Assembly (NCBI GenBank): GCA_903944345.1
Contig: CAJARJ010000020.1
Coordinates: 18,110 to 82,109 of the forward strand
Direction: 5' to 3'
DNA: 64,000 bases
Source: Candidatus Omnitrophota bacterium
GTDB taxonomy: Bacteria; Omnitrophota; Gorgyraeia; Zapsychrales; Fredricksoniimonadaceae
Made by a program: the position numbers and the translations under genes. The first letter of the stretch is position 1. Each line of letters opens with the position of its first letter. Below are positions 9,300-17,597 of the stretch, in pieces. Below the pieces are notes generated by a model. It searched no databases and was not told where the DNA came from. It saw only the letters and a list, made by a program, of their open reading frames with translations.

Positions 9300-11480
9300 A
9301 TGCCTGCATTAAAAGCCCTTTACCATTATTTGAGTAGCCCGCCCATCAAAACCTGGCCCTGGCTGGGAGTCCTGTTTCTAGCCTGGATTTTTATGTACCG
9401 CGGCTTTCTGGACGGCACCTTCTTTGCCTCGATGGAAACAACCCCCCAGTATTTCTACGCTCTCTATTTTACCGACTGCCTTTCCCAAGGCATCTTTCCT
9501 CTATGGGATCCTTACCACAACTGGGGAGTCGCCGACAATATCGACCCTCTCTGGGTGGGACTCTATAACCCGTTTTATCTCTTAATCCTGCTTTTACGTC
9601 TGGCCGGAGTCTCTGCCGAAACCTCCTATGCCTTCTTCATGCACTTCTATGTTCTTGCAAGCATCCTTGGTTTTTATCTTCTGTGCCGCCAGCTCATGAA
9701 AGACACCACCTCGGCTCTTCTGGCCGCAGCCGCATTGCTGTTCTCTTCTTTGAGCATCATTCCTTTTTTGACCATCTGGCCGCAACTGATCTTTACCCCC
9801 ATAGTCTGGTTTCTGTACTTTCTTGTTATCTTTTGCAAAGCGGCGAACAATAACGGACGTCGAATGGCTGCAATCGGAATAACCTTCTGCTCCATGATCA
9901 TTGTTTCAACCTATATCCCTCTTTTTGCCCTCACATTTTTTTGTTGTCTACTGCTTGGTTTTCTGCTCTGTGCACCGCGCCAGACTTTTTCTTTTCTTGG
10001 AACGATACTCTCTTTTGTCCGCCAGAACGCTCTTGTGTGCGTCTTTCTGCTGGGCAGTTTCCTGCTGGCCTGCGTGCCGATTGTCCGCTGGTATCTGTCT
10101 TCAAAAGATCCGGGTTTTCTTATGGATATTGCCCGGGGAGGCACCTCCGATGGGCCGTCGGGCATTTCCCTGATCGGGCTTAACCTCAACACCATCTGGG
10201 GGGAAGGCTCCTGGATGGAGCTTTTCAGCGATCAGGAAATAGGCGCCCAACTCTATACCCAGGTTTCATTTACAATCTTCTTTTTTCTTTCGCTGGCACT
10301 GCCCGTGGCTGTTCCGGCTTTATGGCGCGCACTGTTTGTCGCGGCCTTCCTTCTTCTGCTGTTTCTTTCGGCCAATGTTTTCCCGCTTCATCGCTGGGCT
10401 TATGAACACATCTTTTTCGTCCGCTTCTTTCGTAATTATTTCTACCTGGCTCCCTGTCTTTTGGGATCGTTGATCATCCTTGCACTGCTCCCGCTGAAAT
10501 CTTTTCTTTTAACTCAAGGCGCCCGGCGCCCGCTACGCCTTATGTGGGTCACCCTCCTCCTTGTTGTCTGGATCATTTTTCTTAAGCAATTTTCCAATGT
10601 CCACCCTATGACTTACTGGACAGCAGGCATCCTCCTGCCAACCTTGTCCCTTATCCTTCTTGACATCCTGCCATTCAACAGCCGGGCCGCCCGATTTCTA
10701 CTGTTGAGCGTGCTGATCGCCCAGCCGGCTGCCGTGTTCTTTCCCGATTTCTTTAACAATTTCTACTCACGCCAACCCCTGAAAGAATTTGTCGGACACA
10801 ACAACCAAATGAGCTACACCCGCCCCGACAGAGATAATGATCCTTACCGCCGCGCCGCCCATGTCACTGAAAAAATGGCCCGGGACGATTCCGGATTCTC
10901 CGAACAAGGTTACATGGGCAGTGCCTATGCCCACGCTCTGCTGACACATATCCCTTACCCCGTTCTTCAGTCTTATGTCAAAAACAAGTTTGTCCTTTAC
11001 GATCGCGTGGAATATTCCGATCCGGACAAACCCGACTGGCAAAAGCTTGCGCACTCACTAACAGGAGAATCCTCAATAGCAATCGCTGGCTCGGCACAAG
11101 GGGCAGGCGGCAACCGGCAACCTGGCGCTCGAGCAGAAATCCTCTCGCAAAATTCCCCCGGATTCGAGGTAACCGCATTCGATGTCAATAAGATCATCGT
11201 GCAAACAGACTTCTCCGCAGACAAATTCCTGGTCTATAACGACAACTACCACCCCGGCTGGCGGGCCTATATTGATGGAAAGAAATTCCCGCTTTACCGT
11301 GCAAACCTGGCGTTTAAAGGCATCTGGATTCCCGGCGGGAAACATACCCTGAAACTCGTTTACGGAGCCTGGTGGGAACCGGCGCTAAACTGGAGCCTGA
11401 TAGGATTATTTCTATTGTTTATGTTATTAACCGCAAGAAATACTGTTTTGATTGAAAGCAAAAATGAAGAAGCTTGCTAA
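9300..11480 (+). CDS. YfhO-like polytopic membrane protein (putative GT-C-type glycosyltransferase)
   Basis: 726-aa ORF. N-terminal ~500 aa has many predicted TM segments and a large C-terminal soluble domain. Resemblance to the YfhO family is by architecture and N-terminal sequence character only. Confidence 0.4.
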   Translation: MPALKALYHYLSSPPIKTWPWLGVLFLAWIFMYRGFLDGTFFASMETTPQYFYALYFTDCLSQGIFPLWDPYHNWGVADNIDPLWVGLYNPFYLLILLLRLAGVSAETSYAFFMHFYVLASILGFYLLCRQLMKDTTSALLAAAALLFSSLSIIPFLTIWPQLIFTPIVWFLYFLVIFCKAANNNGRRMAAIGITFCSMIIVSTYIPLFALTFFCCLLLGFLLCAPRQTFSFLGTILSFVRQNALVCVFLLGSFLLACVPIVRWYLSSKDPGFLMDIARGGTSDGPSGISLIGLNLNTIWGEGSWMELFSDQEIGAQLYTQVSFTIFFFLSLALPVAVPALWRALFVAAFLLLLFLSANVFPLHRWAYEHIFFVRFFRNYFYLAPCLLGSLIILALLPLKSFLLTQGARRPLRLMWVTLLLVVWIIFLKQFSNVHPMTYWTAGILLPTLSLILLDILPFNSRAARFLLLSVLIAQPAAVFFPDFFNNFYSRQPLKEFVGHNNQMSYTRPDRDNDPYRRAAHVTEKMARDDSGFSEQGYMGSAYAHALLTHIPYPVLQSYVKNKFVLYDRVEYSDPDKPDWQKLAHSLTGESSIAIAGSAQGAGGNRQPGARAEILSQNSPGFEVTAFDVNKIIVQTDFSADKFLVYNDNYHPGWRAYIDGKKFPLYRANLAFKGIWIPGGKHTLKLVYGAWWEPALNWSLIGLFLLFMLLTARNTVLIESKNEEAC

Positions 11481-12231
11481 ATACATTTCAGGCTCTGCAG
11501 GTTTTATGCTTCTGTGTGCAGGAATCATCATCTGGCTGACCGGCGACTTCAAAAAAGCCTATATCCGCAGAGCTGACGTGACTACCGCTTGGAGCGAAAA
11601 CTTCATTACCGGGCTGCAATCCGGCTCGGAGATATCCCCCAGAACGCTGAAGCTGGCAGCCTTGTACTATAAAAATCTCTCTGCGGCTCTGCCGTCACTC
11701 CCGGGGCCGTATGAAGCCATTGCTTATTGTTACGCGAAGCTGGGTATGAACCAGGCTGCGGAACGCTATCTGGAACAGGGCCGACAAGCCTGCCCGGATT
11801 GTTTCTGGTTTTCTTATAATTCAGCGGTTCTTGCTCTGCGCAACAAAAACAAGCGGGCCGCCGAGGAGCATCTGTCCAGGGCCTTAACAGTTTCCGGAGA
11901 ACGCCTGCTCAAAAGCGTGATCCGCGCCCCTCTGTCCCGATTACCACAAGAGCAACGACAACTCCTCTACCAGCAAGCCATCCTTTTTGCCCGACAGGTG
12001 CGCGGCGAAGCAATGACTGTCCTGATTGGTCTGCGGCTGGAGCGGAAAGATCCGACAGGCGCACGTACCCTTGCCGAACAGGCGATGGCCGACCCGATGG
12101 TTGATAACAAAACCTTCTTCTTGCGCGTCCTTATTGATCAATCCTCTGCCTCGGTGCAGGACAAACAGCCGGATATTGTGATCCATCCCTGGGCAAAAAC
12201 AATACCGGTCGGCAAAGAAAACCATTTCTAG
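11464..12231 (+). CDS. membrane-anchored TPR-like repeat protein
   Basis: N-terminal TM helix (FMLLCAGIIIWL) then helical repeat region (AIAYCYAKLGMNQAAERYLEQG...). Start is uncertain (11452 or 11464) and overlaps the 3' end of the upstream gene. Confidence 0.35.
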   Translation: MKKLAKYISGSAGFMLLCAGIIIWLTGDFKKAYIRRADVTTAWSENFITGLQSGSEISPRTLKLAALYYKNLSAALPSLPGPYEAIAYCYAKLGMNQAAERYLEQGRQACPDCFWFSYNSAVLALRNKNKRAAEEHLSRALTVSGERLLKSVIRAPLSRLPQEQRQLLYQQAILFARQVRGEAMTVLIGLRLERKDPTGARTLAEQAMADPMVDNKTFFLRVLIDQSSASVQDKQPDIVIHPWAKTIPVGKENHF

Positions 12232-12242
12232 GTCTGATGCCT

Positions 12243-13136
12243 TCAACCCTTTTGTTTGCGTACCAGAACCCAAAGCACGTTCCGTGGCAATAGCCAATCC
12301 AGCGGCAGAGACACAGCAGCAATGGCTCCTTTGGGAGCAAACGGACGATACAGCCATTGCGGAGTTTTCCTGATCCTCAAGTGACGATACAGGCTCGGGA
12401 TAACCAGCGGGATCGTGTCAAAACCCGAGTCGACAACCGTCAGTCCAAGCTGGCGGCAGAAAGTTTCGACCGATTTCATATCGAAATGCCACAAATGCCT
12501 GGGAGGATCAAGAAAGAAGTTGCAGGCCCCAAAGAGTTTACTCGCCGAAGATGAAATGTCCGGCAGAACTATATAAAAGCTGTTGGCCCCGTGATCGATC
12601 ATTCTGTTTACAAAGACTTCCGGCTCCCTGATATGCTCCAGAACATGCCGTAACACAACCAGTCCGTCTTTCATCCCGGGAAAACCTTCCAGAGAGTAAT
12701 TATTGTAATCAATAGAATAATACGGGATATCCGCGGTTTCCAGTAAACAGGGCTTCTGCCCACAGGAGTCTGCGGCGGAAACCCTGGCTCCGGAGGCGCG
12801 AATAATCCTGGCGAAATCTCCTGTGCCACAGCCGATATCCAGAAACTCGCCGGGTGAAAAACTCCTCCGGATACGGGCCAATTCCCGGCGCAGAAGAAAA
12901 TTCTTCAGAAACAGGTGCAGATCCGAGGTGGCCTGACGCATCATTCCGCCCATTTCATTCTGATAATACTGCGCCAGATCTTCCGGAAACGGCGCGGTTT
13001 TCTTGACCCCGCAGGAATCGCATTCCAACAGGCTAAAAGGTGTTGCGGTCACCAGATCACACGTCTGCAGAAACACCCGGCTAAACCGGCCCTGACGGCA
13101 GATTGGACAAATGCTGTTATCTGTTGCATCGGCCAT
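12243..13136 (-). CDS. class I SAM-dependent methyltransferase with N-terminal zinc-ribbon
   Basis: CPIC...CDSC zinc-ribbon at the N-terminus and an LDIGCGTGDF SAM-binding motif I. Confidence 0.75.
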   Translation of the reverse strand: MADATDNSICPICRQGRFSRVFLQTCDLVTATPFSLLECDSCGVKKTAPFPEDLAQYYQNEMGGMMRQATSDLHLFLKNFLLRRELARIRRSFSPGEFLDIGCGTGDFARIIRASGARVSAADSCGQKPCLLETADIPYYSIDYNNYSLEGFPGMKDGLVVLRHVLEHIREPEVFVNRMIDHGANSFYIVLPDISSSASKLFGACNFFLDPPRHLWHFDMKSVETFCRQLGLTVVDSGFDTIPLVIPSLYRHLRIRKTPQWLYRPFAPKGAIAAVSLPLDWLLPRNVLWVLVRKQKG

Positions 13137-13163
13137 GACTCATACTCCTTGTGCATATCCCTG

Positions 13164-14039
13164 TTATTTATAAAACACCCAGAAAGAAAACCCGATCCAG
13201 CAAAGCACACTTGTTATCAAAGGAAAATCCGCAAGCAGAATTTCGTCAACATCTTCGGTCTTGCCGACAACGTGAACCAGATACAGATATCGAAACACTC
13301 CATAAACAACAAAAACCAGCGAATAAATCATCCAGTAACCATGCACCCTGGCGACTATGTCCGGAGATATTGTGTACAGCCCGTAAAAAACAATAGCCAG
13401 TGTCGCCGAAATCATGATCAGTTGATCGAGAAAATATATCGTGTAGTGCCGTAAAGCGCCCCGGTGCTCCTCTGCTCTGTCTCCCAGCGTTCTCATCTCC
13501 GATCTTCTTTTGGTGAAACCAAGAAAAAGTGACAGCAGAAAGACACAAAGCTGCAGCCACCCCGAGGGGAGAACCCCAACGACTACCGCGCCTGCCCATA
13601 TCCGTATACAAAAACCAAGCGCGATACAGCCCACATCCAGCAATACCAGTTTCTTCCAAAAGAAAGTGTACATAAAATGCAGTAACAGATACAACCCTGC
13701 CAGACAGAAAAACAGGCCACCAAGAAACAGCGAAAGCAGCAATCCGCCGCACACAAGAACAACCCCTAGCAAAACAGCAATGCGTCGGCTGATCCTGCCG
13801 CTGGCAATAGGCCGTTGACATTTCTTCGGATGGGCCCGGTCCCTGTGCATGTCTTCCAGATCATTGACAACATACACCCCGCTGGAGACAAGGCAGAACG
13901 CAACCAAAGCCAGCAAAGCGGACGAAAAAGATGACAGGCTTACAAAGCGGCCGGAAAAAAGAAGCGGCGCCAGAACAAAAAGGTTCTTGATCCACTGTTT
14001 GGTGCGCATTAGCCTGAAAACATCCATCAAAAAACTCAT
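13164..14039 (-). CDS. UbiA-family prenyltransferase, decaprenyl-phosphate phosphoribosyltransferase (DPPRS)-like
   Basis: Start placed at ATG 14039 (MSFLMDVFRLMRTKQWIKNLFVLAPLLFSG...), which gives an ATGA overlap with the upstream gene stop. NDLEDMHRDRAHP is the Asp-rich motif of the DPPRS/UbiA family. Multiple TM segments. Confidence 0.7.
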   Translation of the reverse strand: MSFLMDVFRLMRTKQWIKNLFVLAPLLFSGRFVSLSSFSSALLALVAFCLVSSGVYVVNDLEDMHRDRAHPKKCQRPIASGRISRRIAVLLGVVLVCGGLLLSLFLGGLFFCLAGLYLLLHFMYTFFWKKLVLLDVGCIALGFCIRIWAGAVVVGVLPSGWLQLCVFLLSLFLGFTKRRSEMRTLGDRAEEHRGALRHYTIYFLDQLIMISATLAIVFYGLYTISPDIVARVHGYWMIYSLVFVVYGVFRYLYLVHVVGKTEDVDEILLADFPLITSVLCWIGFSFWVFYK

Positions 14040-15052
14040 TCGTCCCCCTTTTTTGCTCCGGCAGGAACATTTTGAACATAGGACAATATCTCTTTCACTG
14101 CCTGTAGTAAGCGCACGGTAAGTTCCGGCGATCTCAGGCAGGGATACGTCCCATGACATTGCGGAACAGCATAACCAAAGAAAGTACAAGGTGAGCAAAG
14201 AAGACCGGAATCCACAAAAAATGTCCTGGTGTTTTCCGGAGCCCATTTATTCCTGTTCCCTGGACCAAAGACAGCCACAGAAGGAACCGACAATGCCGCA
14301 GCGATATGTAGCAGCCCCGAATCCTGACCGATAAAACAACGAGCCCCGGCGACCAGGGCCACACTTTGGGCCAGGCTGGTCTTGCCGACAAAACTGACCA
14401 CGCCAGGACTCTTCATCTCATCTAATAGCTTCCCCGCGAATACCTTCATGTCCCCGCCTCCGAGCAAGACGACATTCAGTCCACTGTCAATAATCAGTCG
14501 CCCCATCAATACGAGCTGTTCCGAGGAAAAACGCCTAGCCGCGGAACTTCCTCCCAATGCCAGCGCCGCGTACGGCCGGGACAAAGATGCTTTTGCCCAG
14601 GCAATGTCGGGGGCAGAGACAGCATATGATCCTTCCAGATGCAATCTCCCCCGTAACCCCAAAAGGGAAAAAAGCCGGCTAAAATTATGCAGCTCATAAG
14701 CTTCGTGAGAATATTCAACGGCTGTATAAAAAAGACCCGCCCGTTCAGGACGAGTGCCAAAGCCGATCGTCCTGCGGGAGCGAATCAGGCGACTTAAAAC
14801 AGCACTCAGACAGTGCCATTGCTCGGTATCAACAACCCAGTCATATGAATTCCGGCCAACCGCCGTTAACTCACCTAAAACATCGTAACAAAAAATCTGA
14901 CCGCAAAGTCCGGGCTGCGAACGAAATACAGCCACGTTCCTCTTTTCGCACAAAATGTCAAGTGTGTGTCCCCCACGCTTTAACTCGCGCAGGACTGGCA
15001 ACAGCAAAACCGCATCCCCAATACCGCCAGGCCGAATAATCAGAACTTTCAT
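14036..15052 (-). CDS. glycosyltransferase family 9 (heptosyltransferase-like)
   Basis: Start at ATG 15052 (MKVLIIRPGGIGDAVLLLPVLREL...), the typical GT9 N-terminus. C-terminal ...CFIGQDSGLLHIAAALSVPSVAVFGPG matches the GT9 signature. The ORF could extend to 15208. Confidence 0.65.
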   Translation of the reverse strand: MKVLIIRPGGIGDAVLLLPVLRELKRGGHTLDILCEKRNVAVFRSQPGLCGQIFCYDVLGELTAVGRNSYDWVVDTEQWHCLSAVLSRLIRSRRTIGFGTRPERAGLFYTAVEYSHEAYELHNFSRLFSLLGLRGRLHLEGSYAVSAPDIAWAKASLSRPYAALALGGSSAARRFSSEQLVLMGRLIIDSGLNVVLLGGGDMKVFAGKLLDEMKSPGVVSFVGKTSLAQSVALVAGARCFIGQDSGLLHIAAALSVPSVAVFGPGNRNKWAPENTRTFFVDSGLLCSPCTFFGYAVPQCHGTYPCLRSPELTVRLLQAVKEILSYVQNVPAGAKKGDE

Positions 15053-15217
15053 CGGGCCCGAGGGAAGAACGGAAGAATCCGTCCGACTCCTCCCTAAACA
15101 ACGACAAACAATGGATCCCAGGGTGTGATCAAGCAGCTTGATCCCTTTAAGCGGCCAGCTCCCCTGCGAACGAAAAATATCCCACAGAGTAATCGGCCTC
15201 ATAAACAAGAAACCATC

Positions 15218-16693
15218 TTAATCTCCCAGAAGAACACGGGGCAGTTTATGCGTGAGCAGTCCGCGAACATGGTCAAGGGTTGGCTGGCCAAACTTGCGCA
15301 GAATCATATCCTGATAACGGGAAGAACCAAAATACTGCATAAAAGCATTGTCCCGAAAACGCAGAATCTCGGCGGAAGAAAGATATTTGCTGGGCAGCGG
15401 AACCGTATGCCGGTTAAATTGAGAATAACCCTCCCAGCAGGAGGGCAAAGGCAAAGCGTCGCGCACTGCCGTATCATACAAAGCCGCCCCTGGATAAGCC
15501 ATGGTCACATAAAAATTGGCATATTCGCAGTTAAGTTCAACAGCCAGATCCAGAGTCTCCTGCATGGTCGACATATCATCGTCCGGCAGACCAAACATGT
15601 AATTACCAATCACATGAATGCCCGCCTCGTTGGTTTGACGAATGACCTGAAGAATCTTTTCCCGGTCGAATCTTCCCTTGGCAACCCCTTTACGTACTTC
15701 CGTGTTGGCCCCCTCAATGCCATAGGCAATCCAGCGCACGCCCGCGCGAAAAAGTTTACGGAGAATATTTTCATTAACGGTATCAATACGCGCATACACC
15801 CAGATATTAATATCGTATTTGCGCTCGGCCAGACCCAGGCAAACCTCGTCCATCCGGCGGGGATTGACCACAAAAAGCTCGTCAACAAACTTGAAATTTC
15901 TGACCCCGTATTTCCTAACCAGAAGATCAATCTCCTCGAGAACCTTGCCGGCAGAACGAAAACGAATTCCCCCCCCGCCGTAAAGTGCATGAATATTGCA
16001 GTAACTGCAGTTGTAGGGACATCCCAGGCTTGTGTAAACCATGGCATAGGAAGCCCGATCCTCAAGATGCCCGAAACAATGCCAGTTATGCGCGCGGTAA
16101 CGATCCATCGGCAAAAGATCCCAGGCCGCCAGAGGCAGAACATCCAGATCCTGAAGCTGCCGGGCCCAGCCCCGGTCAACAACCTTATCATTCTGCTTAT
16201 ACCAGAGCCCCTGAATGTTACCCGTATCCCCGCCATTCCTGAAGGCCATGACGAGGTCGGTAATACACAAAAATGTTTCACCCCGGCAAAGAAAATCTAC
16301 CGGCTCTTCCCGTAGGGTGCGTTCGGGAACACCGGAAGGATGAATCCCGAAAATAACCGAACGGACATTAGTGGACTGTTGGCGCAGTTCTTCAAGGACA
16401 GCGCGCACCGCCGGCATTTTGGGTGTCGAGGAAACACTTGGGTTGCCGCCTATGGCCCCCACGGCACACAAAAGCGGTTGAAGTTCCACCGCCCGGCGCA
16501 CAGCTTCCCGCGGCCCGAGTTGTTGGGCATCCGCATCAATAATCGCAACCGTAAGCCCGCGCTCGCGCAAATAGGCAGCCAGCAAAGCCAGCCATAAAGG
16601 TGTCTCAACGGCGGCATACTCATTGGCCAAAGCCCCGTAGATCGGCTCCTTGCCGCCGGGATTGACAAGAACAACATCCAGCGGAGATCCCAT
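15218..16693 (-). CDS. B12-binding radical SAM protein
   Basis: 491-aa ORF. N-terminal cobalamin-binding-like domain, radical SAM cluster CPYNCSYC. Confidence 0.8.
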   Translation of the reverse strand: MGSPLDVVLVNPGGKEPIYGALANEYAAVETPLWLALLAAYLRERGLTVAIIDADAQQLGPREAVRRAVELQPLLCAVGAIGGNPSVSSTPKMPAVRAVLEELRQQSTNVRSVIFGIHPSGVPERTLREEPVDFLCRGETFLCITDLVMAFRNGGDTGNIQGLWYKQNDKVVDRGWARQLQDLDVLPLAAWDLLPMDRYRAHNWHCFGHLEDRASYAMVYTSLGCPYNCSYCNIHALYGGGGIRFRSAGKVLEEIDLLVRKYGVRNFKFVDELFVVNPRRMDEVCLGLAERKYDINIWVYARIDTVNENILRKLFRAGVRWIAYGIEGANTEVRKGVAKGRFDREKILQVIRQTNEAGIHVIGNYMFGLPDDDMSTMQETLDLAVELNCEYANFYVTMAYPGAALYDTAVRDALPLPSCWEGYSQFNRHTVPLPSKYLSSAEILRFRDNAFMQYFGSSRYQDMILRKFGQPTLDHVRGLLTHKLPRVLLGD

Positions 16694-17559
16694 TATAAAG
16701 CCTCCAGAATAGTGCGCACAGGCTCCGCCCGGTTAAGCGTATAGAAATGCAGACCCGGAGCCCCGCCAGCCAGAAGCTCGCGGCACTGCTCGACAGCGAA
16801 ATGAATGCCGGCGGCCAGCGTCTTGTCCTTATCACTGGCAATCGGTGCAAAAATATCATGCACTTTCTGCGGAAGTGATGCGCCGCAACCTTTACAAAAG
16901 TTAACCGCGCTTTCGTAATTGGTCACAGGAAGAATGCCGGGAATAATCCGCGCGGTAACGCCCGATATGCGCAGCCTGCGGACATAATCAAAATAAAGAG
17001 CATTATCAAAAAAAAGCTGGGTCATCACAAAATCTCCGCCGGATGCAATCTTGCGGCACAGAATTTCGGCATCGAACTCCGGTGAGGCGGCCAGCGGATG
17101 CCCCTCGGGAAACCCGGCCACACCAATCGCAAAATGATCGCCATAATGTTTTCGGATAAAGGCCACCAGTTCACTGCTGTAGCGAAAATTCTCCGGCCCA
17201 GGCTTCCAGTCCGGATTATCTTTGGGCGGATCCCCGCGCAACGCCAGCAAATTCCTGACATCCCCGGCCTTAAGCTCATCGAGAATCTGGCGAACCTGGG
17301 CACGGGTATGCAAAACACAGGTAAAATGATGCAGTGCCGGAAGATTATATTCTTTCTGAATCGAGAATACCAAAGAAGAGGTTGTTTCCCGGCTGGAACC
17401 ACCAGCTCCATAAGTCACCGAAACAAAATCGAACGGCAGACGAGTCAGTTCACCCAACGCCAGACCAAGCGCTTGCGCACCCTGAGCTGTTTTAGGAGGG
17501 AATATTTCGAAAGAGAAAGTGCGCGTTTTCGCGGCAAAAATATCGGTCAGTTTTTTCAT
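16693..17559 (-). CDS. metF: 5,10-methylenetetrahydrofolate reductase
   Basis: 288-aa ORF. FSFEIFPPKT...VTYGAGGSSRETT...ALRGDPP is the MetF fold signature. Confidence 0.85.
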   Translation of the reverse strand: MKKLTDIFAAKTRTFSFEIFPPKTAQGAQALGLALGELTRLPFDFVSVTYGAGGSSRETTSSLVFSIQKEYNLPALHHFTCVLHTRAQVRQILDELKAGDVRNLLALRGDPPKDNPDWKPGPENFRYSSELVAFIRKHYGDHFAIGVAGFPEGHPLAASPEFDAEILCRKIASGGDFVMTQLFFDNALYFDYVRRLRISGVTARIIPGILPVTNYESAVNFCKGCGASLPQKVHDIFAPIASDKDKTLAAGIHFAVEQCRELLAGGAPGLHFYTLNRAEPVRTILEAL

Positions 17560-17597
17560 CGAATGGGGATTATATCACGAAAAACATTCTTGCTGCG

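Noticed and set aside
14036-15208. Extended 390-aa version of the second GT9 gene
   Set aside because: The N-terminal 52 residues have no GT9 counterpart, and the ATG at 15052 gives the canonical MKVLIIRPGGIGD start. The longer form is kept only as a noted alternative.
15125-16315. 396-aa plus-strand ORF
   Set aside because: Antisense to the B12-radical SAM gene 15218-16693, which has clear cofactor motifs. No recognisable domain. GC-rich antisense frames commonly stay open.
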